DNA of 64,000 nucleotides from Lachnospiraceae bacterium (GTDB lineage Bacteria; Bacillota; Clostridia; Lachnospirales; Lachnospiraceae): NCBI GenBank assembly GCA_009774145.1, contig VSND01000010.1, positions 14,335 to 78,334 of the forward strand, read 5' to 3'. Shown piece by piece: positions 46,801 to 55,338 of this stretch (position 1 is its first letter; each line of letters starts with the position of its first letter). The notes under the pieces were generated by a model. It saw only the letters and a program-made list of their open reading frames with translations, ran no database searches and was not told where the DNA came from. The position numbers and the translations under genes were made by a program.

Positions 46801-49045
46801 GCTGAAATACTTCCGTCAGAGGATAGTATTCCAGAGATTCGGAAACATCTTCGGTCCGTCTCTGACGGAGTCCTTCCTCTGTATACCCGAGTCTGTTTCC
46901 GATCAGGCATTTTTCTCCATTGCCCGCTGTATATTCATAGTCCTTATACTGTTCCATCAGGCGGTCCATCTTCTTTGCGATCTGAACCGCTTCCCGCTCT
47001 GTGATGGGCATGCAGATCTTCAGAAGCTCCTCCGGCGCGGGCACAGCGGTCTCCGGCACCGGAACCAGAAGCTCCTCCGGCGCCTCCGGGTCATAGAGTC
47101 CGTATCCCTTCTTTTTCTCCGCTTTTTCTTCGGAATTTCCCTGAAGCTCCTGAATCAGGATCTTTTCCTTATCGGTGGGCCGCTCCACCAGCTCTGTCAT
47201 GGTCCGGACACGCCCGTAAAGTTCCGCCCGTTTCGGATCATGGGAAAGCCGAAGCAGCATATCCAGTCCGGCGCTGCGCTTCTCTTCTTTTTTATCTGAC
47301 AAAAGCCGTTTCAGGCATTCCGTCATCAGCGCATCCGGCTGCCCCATCAGAAATCCGATCAGGATCCCTCTCAGGCTCTCACGTTTAAACCGGAGCATGT
47401 CCTCCAGAAGACCGTATTCTTCTTCCTTTATTGTTAATTTTTTGACGATCTGATAGGCCTTTTCGGATGTGCGCTGGGCCTTTCCCATATACCCGATCAC
47501 CAGCCTTCTCTGCTCCGGGCCGGAGGGCTCATAGAGCAGCAGGTTGATAAGGATCACCCGCATATATTCGTCCGTAATATCCCCAAGCTTTCCTGCTATG
47601 GCTGTGATCTTCTCCTCGTCCTGCAGAAGCCACGCCAGATACGCCATCTGAATCAGCAGTTCCGACGGATGCAGTTCTGCGCGGCGCCAGGGAAAGATAA
47701 AGGGATCATGGCAGATTCCCTTCTTCGGCAGACGGTCACAGACAGACTGAAAGGCCGCATAGAGCGCTTCTGCTTCCTGCCGGTCCCGGTAACAGCGTGT
47801 GATTTCCGGCTTCTTCGGCGCACTGAGCAAAGAATACACGGACCGATTCTCAAAGGAATCCCGGATCCAGTTTCGGACACTGGACGAAAACGCAGGCATG
47901 AACGCAGTCACCAGTTCCAGATCATCGCTGTGCTCCAGCAGAACTTTTCTGGAAGTCTGCAGTTCCAGCTCTTTATCATACAGGCACTGGTTATAGAAAG
48001 AAGCCGACAGTTTCTGGTTCTTCGTCCCGTGATCCACCAGTTCTCCCATGGCCCCTATCGCATCCTGCACCTCCCGGAACCCCAGCGCCCACAAAGCCGT
48101 GTTGATGGCCACTGCATCATTGGTCTCAAGCAGGCTTCTGCAGAATGTCTCCTCTCTGAGACACTGTCCCATAAGCTTTAACAGCTTTTCATTCACGCGG
48201 TCCACGCTCTCTTCATTGAAAATCCCGATCCAGGTGGACACCGCCCGTTTTACGGCCGAAAAGCGGATCAGGTCATTCTCTTCCACCACTTTCAGCATCC
48301 GCAGAAAGGCTTCCTGCGTTCCCTCGTCCATCGACTCGCAGATCGCCTGGCGCAGTCCCTCCTGAAGCCTTGCCGCCACCAGAAGCTTCCCAAGAAGTTC
48401 CTGCAGTTCTTCACTGTCCGACCGCACAATCCCCTGAATCATCTGGCGGTCCAGATAAGCCGCATTATTTTCACTTAAGATCAGATCCTTTAACCCATTG
48501 ATGACTGCCTGATTCCCACCGTCGATCTCCGCTGCATAAAGGTAACTGAAGAACGAATCAAATCCGTAATTGTATTGGATATAATCCAGTTTCTCCTCAT
48601 CCAGCTGCCGGAGCATATAGTTCTCCAGATTTTCGCCGCAGAAAAACAGTTTTTCATAAGCCCGCAGAAGTTCAAATACCCGCAGAACCTGCGGCCCGTA
48701 GTCCGCCGTCCGCACGGTTCTGCGGCTGTACCCGGCGGTAAAAGGAAACCGGTTCAGTTTGTCGATGATATAGAGATAGGACTGCTGATACGCCTTTGGT
48801 ACAAACACGTCCAGAAGCGCCTGATGCGGGCACGCGGACTCTTTTGGCTCATACCATGAGGAAGGCTTCCCGGAAATCCGGTCACAATCCTCCCCCAGCT
48901 CTTCCAGAAGCTCCGGCCATTTTCCATCCGCAATCTTCTGCGCCAGTATCTGTTCCCTTCCTGACAGCTTTTCAATCTTCTCCTTCCGCTCACTGTTCAG
49001 ACGTTCTGAAATCGCCTGCCTGCTCCGGTAATCATAATCTGCCAT
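43892..49045 (-). CDS. Giant (1,717 aa) helical-repeat protein of unknown function with DUF4132/MolR-like C-terminal region
   Basis: Uninterrupted 5,154-nt ORF with no signal peptide or TM helix. The C-terminal ..SEVMRDVDLAVSVAHAGGVDPETSHSTIEMR.. resembles the recalled DUF4132 (YehI/MolR) family. Confidence 0.8.
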   Translation of the reverse strand: MADYDYRSRQAISERLNSERKEKIEKLSGREQILAQKIADGKWPELLEELGEDCDRISGKPSSWYEPKESACPHQALLDVFVPKAYQQSYLYIIDKLNRFPFTAGYSRRTVRTADYGPQVLRVFELLRAYEKLFFCGENLENYMLRQLDEEKLDYIQYNYGFDSFFSYLYAAEIDGGNQAVINGLKDLILSENNAAYLDRQMIQGIVRSDSEELQELLGKLLVAARLQEGLRQAICESMDEGTQEAFLRMLKVVEENDLIRFSAVKRAVSTWIGIFNEESVDRVNEKLLKLMGQCLREETFCRSLLETNDAVAINTALWALGFREVQDAIGAMGELVDHGTKNQKLSASFYNQCLYDKELELQTSRKVLLEHSDDLELVTAFMPAFSSSVRNWIRDSFENRSVYSLLSAPKKPEITRCYRDRQEAEALYAAFQSVCDRLPKKGICHDPFIFPWRRAELHPSELLIQMAYLAWLLQDEEKITAIAGKLGDITDEYMRVILINLLLYEPSGPEQRRLVIGYMGKAQRTSEKAYQIVKKLTIKEEEYGLLEDMLRFKRESLRGILIGFLMGQPDALMTECLKRLLSDKKEEKRSAGLDMLLRLSHDPKRAELYGRVRTMTELVERPTDKEKILIQELQGNSEEKAEKKKGYGLYDPEAPEELLVPVPETAVPAPEELLKICMPITEREAVQIAKKMDRLMEQYKDYEYTAGNGEKCLIGNRLGYTEEGLRQRRTEDVSESLEYYPLTEVFQQFYETQIGDYHKMIVLEAIMLGFSAEGLKAAKPFYEKLFGQMPLTGASLGLTYSGQTGALRNVFRWQYLDKKALFETGMQVVSALLPHVSSENKQIYYQTPGWNGRMNDVIKLICEMPLFNRYFEGLQYWETDEEFAGVFALAWSFEIRCREGRRRRDFIAPRGVYGQQDTPMTGMRPYWFLKAFHMGMISEDSLTKAVMEYFAREDTLAVLCMVTKGEGVKPLNRRIMNLFFGEAPAKEIYETGEAYFAEDTWIGALIRRLYEKIVPVLVDTELRRGEAETEFSWDMRGVSYIRGVDYLVRILMALGKDKLSRDSYYSWHYNGGLRTKRDVLCSLLKVCYPLPDETGTDLKEAVKGTRIREDRFVEAAMYAPQWIDIVQDYLGWAGLKSGCYYFMAHMNERFDDQKKAVIARYTPLTPEELQDGAFDVSWFEEAYGQLGEENFNKLYEAAKYISDGQKHSRARKYADAARGKTELSALAQEITEKRNKDLLMSYGLAPFRKDREQDLLERYQFIEKFRKESRQFGAQRRANEGKAADIALVNLSVRAGYADVTRLKLTMEARLIEAMKPLMEWTAVEDVEVRLCVDEEGKSAIRCRREEKELKSVPSRLGKQPHVLQLKEAHKNLKEQYARTRKMMEESMENGDRFQGSELAALLDNPVVCAILSPLVFLRGDQTGFLKLLPEGTLCLIPLEGEPLAVEAEEELQIAHPLHLYEAGVWHAYQKHLFDHRIRQPFKQVFRELYVKLDEELGQKASRMFAGNQIQPQRTVGCLKGRRWVADYEEGLQKVYYKENIVARIYALADWFSPSDVEAPTLEWVEFFNRKTFESLTIREVPKLIYSEVMRDVDLAVSVAHAGGVDPETSHSTIEMRRVIVELNLSLFGFQNVTLTESHAKIQGTRASYNVHLGSGVVHQEGGAMLHILPVHSQKRGRIFLPFVDEDPKTAEIMSKIVLLAEDKKIKDPSILDQIR

Positions 49046-49118
49046 CCTTCATACACCCCTTTTTCTCTGTTTCTGTTTTCATCTTCCATGCCGGCCGTCT
49101 GCGTCCATATACCGGGTG

Positions 49119-49586
49119 TCACCGTCTGTGTGCTTTCCCTGTGACCTCTTCAGCAACCAGCTTCATAACCGTCGTTTTCGCGATGACGGACGGACGAAAC
49201 GGAAGCTCTTTCTGACTGTAATGCTTCATCAGGATGCGCAGCGCCTCCTGTTTTTCCTCTTCCGGAACAAATTCGAGCCTTCCTCTGCCGGTCACACTCT
49301 CATACTCCATCGAATAACTGCATGCTTCTTCACCCGTCACCAGCTTATGTGCACAGTCCATCTCAAACCCCGCATGGCTGTTCTTCCTGATCAGTTCGTA
49401 CTTCTTTCCCTGATCCGCTCCATGAAAATACAGGGTCACTCTGTTGTCTGCCCGTTGAAAACCAAAATTCAGCGGAAGGATGTACGGGTATGTTTCATCC
49501 AGAAGTGCCAGCCTGCATACATCGCATTTCTCCATGATTCTGATGATCTCATCCATGTCACTGATCTCTCTGTCACTGCGCCTCAT
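49119..49586 (-). CDS. Pyridoxamine 5'-phosphate oxidase-family (Nim-like) FMN-binding protein
   Basis: Trimmed to MRRSDREISDMDEI..CRLALLDETYPYILPLNFG, the typical split-barrel N-terminus. Confidence 0.8.
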   Translation of the reverse strand: MRRSDREISDMDEIIRIMEKCDVCRLALLDETYPYILPLNFGFQRADNRVTLYFHGADQGKKYELIRKNSHAGFEMDCAHKLVTGEEACSYSMEYESVTGRGRLEFVPEEEKQEALRILMKHYSQKELPFRPSVIAKTTVMKLVAEEVTGKAHRR

Positions 49587-49701
49587 GTTCCTTACCTGCT
49601 TTCTTCGGTTGTCAGCCCTCACTGCCTGCATTTCAGCATCTGTTGACTGCATCTGTTTATCCTACCATTATATTTGCCCTGCCGGAATTTTTCAACAGAT
49701 T

Positions 49702-50331
49702 TTACCATCTGTCTCTGTTTTTCTCCGGTTTTCCATGACCAAAAAGGATCCGCCGCTCTCCCAGCCTGCTGATTTTGTCCGCGCTCTGCTGCATGGCGGC
49801 TTTATCATGGTACAGCATGGATATGGTTGGATAAAACAGGTTCATCAGTGCATCCCCGACAATCAGATCTTTTTTCATAATGTCAATGCCAATCGAGCCC
49901 TGTGTATGTCCGGGCAGGTGGATGATGTCTGCCGGGACTCCGTACTGCTCCAGAGAACAGCCGTCCTCCAGAAAGATATTCGGAATGAACGCAGGAATCC
50001 GGTCCTTCTGAAAGCTTTTTACGGATTCTGACAGAACGATCTTTCCCAGGATGCCGTGCGCAGACAGGAACTGCGCCATTTGATCGGAGAGCAGGGGAAG
50101 GTCTGCTCTATGCATGGCAACCGGACATTCCAGAGCGCTGGACAAAAACGCAGCATTCTGAACATGGTCCACATGGCCGTGCGTCAGCACCAGAAGGCGT
50201 ACCCGATACGGCCTGCAGACATTCAGCACCTTCTGCCAGTATTTTTCCCTTCCCGTATCTACCAGAACCGCATCTGTTCCATTTGAAATCAGGTAGCAGT
50301 TTCCATTTCCGCAATGTATTCTATGTACCAT
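49702..50331 (-). CDS. MBL-fold metallo-hydrolase
   Basis: LTHGHVDH motif (HxHxDH). 209 aa. Confidence 0.85.
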   Translation of the reverse strand: MVHRIHCGNGNCYLISNGTDAVLVDTGREKYWQKVLNVCRPYRVRLLVLTHGHVDHVQNAAFLSSALECPVAMHRADLPLLSDQMAQFLSAHGILGKIVLSESVKSFQKDRIPAFIPNIFLEDGCSLEQYGVPADIIHLPGHTQGSIGIDIMKKDLIVGDALMNLFYPTISMLYHDKAAMQQSADKISRLGERRILFGHGKPEKNRDRW

Positions 50332-50343
50332 ATGAACACATCC

Positions 50344-50604
50344 TCACTGCATCATCTGCTTTTTTCTGTTGTACGCCCATTCCGTCCTGCCGGAATCGGA
50401 ACATCCTGCCATGCTGCCCATGAGAACCGGATATTTTATAAAATCATGTTCCAGCATCCGTGCAGTTTTATTCATGTGCTGCATGGTGTCTATTTCCTCC
50501 GGAAATTTTCCAAAATCCTTCAAAATCCCTTCTGTACGTTCCGGATGCCGTCTGTCTGTCTCCTCCGTCAGAGCCGCCTGTATTCCCGGTATCTGTATGT
50601 TCAT
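50344..50604 (-). CDS. Hypothetical protein (86 aa)
   Basis: Trimmed to the ATG at 50604 with a GAGAGGG RBS. No family recognised. Confidence 0.35.
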   Translation of the reverse strand: MNIQIPGIQAALTEETDRRHPERTEGILKDFGKFPEEIDTMQHMNKTARMLEHDFIKYPVLMGSMAGCSDSGRTEWAYNRKKQMMQ

Positions 50605-50732
50605 GTTTATCCCTCTCTTTCTGCATTGATATCCGTAAGCACATTTTATCTTATTATAGTTCTCCCCTGTTTTAAATCCCGACAGCACAAGACGACCATA
50701 CATTGCACGAAATGACCATCCTGCCCCCACAT

Positions 50733-50770
50733 CCTGAAAACAGCGCCGGTCTGACTGACACGGCGCTGTT
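50733..50770 (-). terminator. Intrinsic terminator
   Basis: A 10-bp AACAGCGCCG/CGGCGCTGTT stem, followed on the minus strand by TTTTCAGG. Confidence 0.6.
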
Positions 50771-50772
50771 TC

Positions 50773-51003
50773 TCAAATCACAACTTTCGGGTCACCCTTA
50801 AAAGGGTTCTTCTGTGCATAATCCAACATCTTTGCTTCTGTCTCATCTTTACTCATTTCATCAAAATGTTCACGTTGCCATTTCGTATAATCCAGCTGCT
50901 CTGCTTTTACCAGATAAATAAACTGTTCTGCTTCAACAATTCCCAACTTCTCCATCAGACACTGCATTCCTCTGTTCATTACATCTATCGAACTTCTGTT
51001 CAT
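50773..51003 (-). CDS. Small antitoxin-like partner protein of the PIN-like remnant (76 aa)
   Basis: Its ATG overlaps (ATGA) the restored stop of the upstream PIN-like reading frame. Acidic and helical. Family recalled only loosely. Confidence 0.4.
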   Translation of the reverse strand: MNRSSIDVMNRGMQCLMEKLGIVEAEQFIYLVKAEQLDYTKWQREHFDEMSKDETEAKMLDYAQKNPFKGDPKVVI

Positions 51004-51433
51004 AATGATTCTGCCTCCAGTTTCTCCAGAAAATCTATCGGATTTAACATCATAATTTCTTTGCTTTGATACTTTAAAAGTCTGGCATCTGTTGAAATAA
51101 AAAATTCACACCCCGCATACATTGCACATGCCATGCATCCTTATACTTTATCCCTGTACTCATGATCTCAGTCACTTTGGAGGACAATTCTTTATGGTGG
51201 CTGACATCCACATATGCCGATGTCTGTACTGTTATAAATTCTGCAATGGTATTTCTCCTCATTTCATATGGATTATCACTGTTTTCATAATCCAGAACAT
51301 ATGATGTCACAAGTTCTATTTTCTTCTCTTTCACAAGCCTTTGTATATACAGCTTTGCCTGTGTTTCCAAAGAAATTCTCATTTGTGACTGGTCATCATA
51401 AGGGCGGTTACAGCACCAGTATCTTCAAAGCAT
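51000..51433 (-). pseudogene. Decayed PIN-domain (VapC-like) toxin gene: TGA at codon 3 and a -1 frame change near the 3' end
   Basis: The in-frame sequence upstream of the listed ATG reads M-L-TGA-RYWCCNRPYDDQSQ-MRISLETQAKL. After about 51120-51130 the family-like C-terminus AMYAGCEFFISTDARLLKY...NPIDFL continues in another frame down to the TGA at 51000-51002. Confidence 0.45.
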
Positions 51434-52714
51434 CACCACCGCCTGGAATTTTTCTTCATCGCAGTAAACAGCAAAGTCCCCTCCGTACCGGTCCGCCACT
51501 GCCTTCACATTGGAAAGGCCGATGCCACGGGATTCTGCACCGGAGCAGGGGACCATGCCGTCTACCATCATTACTTTTTCCACCACCGGGCTTCTCACGG
51601 AAAAGAGCAGTCTTCCGCCTTCCTGCACCAGCTTGATGTGGATCACTGCTTTTTTCCCGGTCTGCACGACTCTTCGGCTCTCATGAATCGCATTGTCCAG
51701 CAGATTGGCCAGAAGGATCACTGTCTCTTCCTCGTCCAGCCGCAGGCCGCTCATATCACTGACCTTGAAGATCATGGACACGCCCTGCTCTCTGGCCGCA
51801 TGGAATTTCTGATTCAGAACCGCGTTGACAATCGGATGGTTCGTATTGACCGCAGACATTTCCACGGATATGCTCTCCGTCAGCTTTTCTGCAAGCGAGA
51901 CGGCAGCCTGTGTATTTCCCTCCTTCAGCAGCACCTGTATGGTTTTTATCTGATTTTTATAGTCATGCATCTTCTTTCCCTGCCGTTCGTAGACTGCCTG
52001 CATGTCCCGGTAATGCATCAGCTGGCTCTCTGTTTTCTGATTCGTCAGCATGCTGATGCGCAGCAGTTCTCCCTTTTTCAAAATATTCTGCATCAGCTCC
52101 AGCACCAGAAAGTTCATTGCAATCAGCCCGGCAGTCAGAAAAAGATAGACCATCTGCGTCTCCTTATCCCTGCGGTAGCAGAAGAACATAAGCAGCATGG
52201 CCATCATGGAAAAGAACGGAATCGTTCCCAGCTTCAGCCATTCCCTGCCGGAGAGCTCCCCATAGCTGTTCCTTCCTTTCCATATTCTTCGGAATGCAAA
52301 GAGCAGGCAGGTCCAGATGATCTTTGCCGGCAGAGCCAGAAAGACCATCTTCGATGCATCCGCAATCGCCTTCGATATCCATATATTTTCGATCTGAAGA
52401 GAAAAGAAATCCATCAGAAGCAGCAGACAGTAATTCAACACTGAAAAGAAGACAGACTGCTTCCAGCCGGTCTGATAGAACGTCTCACAGAACATTACGC
52501 TGACCAAAACCCCCAGCAGAACTTTGACCGCCATGGACCCCACAAGCAGATCCGCGCCCACAACAGCGGAAAAGGCAAGAAACAGGATGAAATATCTGCC
52601 GGTTTCCATCCGTCCTTCCCTTTTCTTTTTCATAAAAGTATCAAAAAAATATACGTTTCCCCATACTTCCATTGCAATGATGCAGCAGGAAAGCATCCAT
52701 GTTTCCATGCTCAT
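51425..52714 (-). CDS. AgrC/LytS-type membrane sensor histidine kinase (GHKL)
   Basis: About 6 N-terminal TM helices, an N-box LLDNAIHES and a G-box GIGLSNV. ATGA overlap with the regulator gene. Confidence 0.85.
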   Translation of the reverse strand: MSMETWMLSCCIIAMEVWGNVYFFDTFMKKKREGRMETGRYFILFLAFSAVVGADLLVGSMAVKVLLGVLVSVMFCETFYQTGWKQSVFFSVLNYCLLLLMDFFSLQIENIWISKAIADASKMVFLALPAKIIWTCLLFAFRRIWKGRNSYGELSGREWLKLGTIPFFSMMAMLLMFFCYRRDKETQMVYLFLTAGLIAMNFLVLELMQNILKKGELLRISMLTNQKTESQLMHYRDMQAVYERQGKKMHDYKNQIKTIQVLLKEGNTQAAVSLAEKLTESISVEMSAVNTNHPIVNAVLNQKFHAAREQGVSMIFKVSDMSGLRLDEEETVILLANLLDNAIHESRRVVQTGKKAVIHIKLVQEGGRLLFSVRSPVVEKVMMVDGMVPCSGAESRGIGLSNVKAVADRYGGDFAVYCDEEKFQAVVML

Positions 52715-53406
52715 TCTGCCCCCTTATACAGCATGTACTGCCGCTTCACATCCGAATATCTGGATTTCGGAACCGAGATTTCCTTTCCGGTGGTCAGCGT
52801 CATGACATAGCTGCTGATCCGTCCGATGTATTTCATATTGATGAGAAAACTCTGGTGCGTCCGCACAAATCCCATCCCCTTCAGATTTTCCTCCAGCTCG
52901 TCCATCTTCCGGTAGATACTGAAAGACTGACTTCTGGTATAGAATACATTCTTGTGTCTGCTGGTCTCGATATAGATAATATCATCCGTCCGCAGCCGGA
53001 CATTTCCTTCCACAAAGTCAAATTCCACCACCCGCTCTTCCCGGCTGATCTCCTGCAGAATATCATCCATGCATTCCGGCAGCGTCTGCTCCAGATCGTC
53101 TTTCAGCAGAAAGCGGCTCGCCTTCACCTTATACCCGTCCAGTGCATAGTTGATGTAAGCAGTCACAAGAACAATATGCACCTGCGGATATTCTGCCTTG
53201 ATCTGCCCGGCAGTCTCCAGCCCGTCCATGCCTTCCATATTGATATCAAGAAAAATGATTCTGCACTCCCGCGCCGCTTCACTGTCCGCGCGCAGAGCTT
53301 CACCCGATTCATATTCCCTGATCTCAAAATCCTGCCCATATGCCTCCAGCAGCGCTCTCAGTGTATCCCTGTCTTCTTTCCTGTCGTCGCAGATCGCAAT
53401 CTTCAT
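52711..53406 (-). CDS. LytTR-family response regulator (AgrA-like)
   Basis: Receiver domain (MKIAICDD..., FLDINM) plus a C-terminal LytTR DNA-binding domain. Confidence 0.9.
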   Translation of the reverse strand: MKIAICDDRKEDRDTLRALLEAYGQDFEIREYESGEALRADSEAARECRIIFLDINMEGMDGLETAGQIKAEYPQVHIVLVTAYINYALDGYKVKASRFLLKDDLEQTLPECMDDILQEISREERVVEFDFVEGNVRLRTDDIIYIETSRHKNVFYTRSQSFSIYRKMDELEENLKGMGFVRTHQSFLINMKYIGRISSYVMTLTTGKEISVPKSRYSDVKRQYMLYKGAE

Positions 53407-53481
53407 GCCGGTTCCTCAATTCTGTCCTTTTTCCTCATATATCATATCAGAAAACCGCATGTTTTACCAAATAAATTCCTG

Positions 53482-54606
53482 TTATCCTTCAAACTGTGCC
53501 CGCACGATCTGTATAATACGCTTCATATCCTCCTCTGTATTCTTGATATCGCTCGGCAGGCAGAGCCCCCGGCGAAAAATATCTTCACTCACACTTAAGC
53601 CCTTTTCCACCTGAACAAAATCACACGCTTTAAAAACCGGCTGCAGATGCATCGGTTTCCATATGGGCCTTGTCTCAATATCCGCACCGGCCAGAGCGTC
53701 CATGATCTGTTCCGGAGTCACGCGGCTGCCCGCACATACCGTCATACAGGACAGCCAGTTGTTGTCTGTTCCGTTTTTGTTCAAAGGATTCATCTCTATT
53801 TCTGGTATATCAGCAAATGCTTCTTTATACCGGCGGTAGATCTTCTGCTTTTTTTCGATATGTTCCTGAATATGCAGCAGCTGTCCGCGCCCGATCCCCG
53901 CAATAATATTGGACATTCTGTAATTGTATCCGATCACGGAATGCTGGTAATGCCTTGCCGGATCCCGCGCCTGCCTGGATAAAAAGCGCGCCCGCTCCAC
54001 GTCTTCTGTCTTTCGGGCAATCAGAGTCCCTCCGCCGGAAGTTGTGATGATCTTGTTTCCGTTATAAGAATAAATTCCGTAATCTCCGAAAGTTCCCGTC
54101 ATTTTTCCCCGGTATGCGGTGCCCAGAGACTCTGCCGCATCCTCAATCAGAGGAACCTGATGCTCCTTACAGATGCTGCATATCTCATCCATATCCGCCG
54201 ATGTGCCGTACAGATGTACCGCCATCACAGCCGCCGGATGCGGGTATCGCTCAAAGGCCTTCCGAAGCGCCGCCGGATCCATATTCCAGGTATCGCGTTT
54301 TGAATCAATAAAGACAGGAACCGCCTTTTCATAACACACCGGATTCACACTGGCCGCAAAAGTCAGGGATGGAAGAAACACCGTATCATTTTCTTTTACA
54401 CCCGCTAAGATAACAGCCAGATGCAGGGCTGCTGTCCCGGAGGAAAGAGCTGCCGATGCAGGCGCTCCCACGTAAGATGCGATCTCGCGCTCAAACGCGT
54501 CCACATTGGGCCCCAGCGGCACAATCCAGTTTGTCTCAAACGCTTCCTGAATATACTGCTGCTCTTCTCCATGCATGGTCGGTGTTGCCAACAGAATCTT
54601 TTTCAT
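53482..54606 (-). CDS. DegT/DnrJ/EryC1/StrS-family PLP-dependent sugar aminotransferase
   Basis: Trimmed to the ATG at 54606 (AGGAGG RBS). PLP-Lys context YSYNGNKIITTSGGG. Confidence 0.9.
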   Translation of the reverse strand: MKKILLATPTMHGEEQQYIQEAFETNWIVPLGPNVDAFEREIASYVGAPASAALSSGTAALHLAVILAGVKENDTVFLPSLTFAASVNPVCYEKAVPVFIDSKRDTWNMDPAALRKAFERYPHPAAVMAVHLYGTSADMDEICSICKEHQVPLIEDAAESLGTAYRGKMTGTFGDYGIYSYNGNKIITTSGGGTLIARKTEDVERARFLSRQARDPARHYQHSVIGYNYRMSNIIAGIGRGQLLHIQEHIEKKQKIYRRYKEAFADIPEIEMNPLNKNGTDNNWLSCMTVCAGSRVTPEQIMDALAGADIETRPIWKPMHLQPVFKACDFVQVEKGLSVSEDIFRRGLCLPSDIKNTEEDMKRIIQIVRAQFEG

Positions 54607-54659
54607 TTCATTACCTCCTGCTGCAGATAAATCTTCGGCATTCTGCACCCGATTCCTCT

Positions 54660-55244
54660 TTACTTTAATATGCTGTATACACATTCCAGCAAAGTGACTG
54701 CCAGAATCACGTTGATCAGCCGATAATGCCTCCGATAAATTTTCTGAATTGCCATCCCTGCACCGATCCATGCCGATGTGGCAGCAGAACCGATCGTTGC
54801 AATCACAAGTTCAAAAAAGATCAGCACAGGCAGAGAGGTACTGTAATTCGTCACGTACCCGGTCAACGCCGTGATCCCGAACAGATAGATCTTCACATTC
54901 ACAAACTGCAGCATAAACCCTTTCCAGAAAGATGCAGACCGGTCTGCGTCCGCATCCTCCGGACGTCCGAACGCAACATGGACTGCCAGCCAGAGGATAT
55001 AGGCAGCACCCACATATTTCATGATCCCCAGAACATCCGGCAGCAGCGTACTGATTCCGTAAACAAATACGGCACAGATCATCTGCACCACATAATATCC
55101 GGAAAAAATTCCCAAAAAGAGCGGAGTCCCTTTTTTCCATCCATAATTTGTTACCGTGTTCAAAGCCAGAATATTACCCGGTCCCGGTGTAAACGCATTG
55201 ATCATGGAATAAATTAAAAAATTACCTGTTACATAGCCTGGCAT
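54660..55244 (-). CDS. LysE-family amino-acid exporter
   Basis: FTPGPGN N-terminal motif and 6 TM helices. 194 aa. Confidence 0.85.
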   Translation of the reverse strand: MPGYVTGNFLIYSMINAFTPGPGNILALNTVTNYGWKKGTPLFLGIFSGYYVVQMICAVFVYGISTLLPDVLGIMKYVGAAYILWLAVHVAFGRPEDADADRSASFWKGFMLQFVNVKIYLFGITALTGYVTNYSTSLPVLIFFELVIATIGSAATSAWIGAGMAIQKIYRRHYRLINVILAVTLLECVYSILK

Positions 55245-55338
55245 CCTGATGCCTCCTTTCGCTTATGATTGTACATCCAAACGCCATCTGACAGGTAATA
55301 CGAATTCCTTATGTCAGGACATAGGCAGAACCTATATC

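Noticed and set aside
44027-48181. Several 150-280-aa plus-strand ORFs inside the giant gene
   Set aside because: They are antisense shadows. The 1,717-aa minus-strand frame is continuous and protein-like throughout.
53407-53481. Short agrD-like pre-peptide gene upstream of the LytTR regulator
   Set aside because: The 75-nt spacer has no plausible start, RBS or short ORF.
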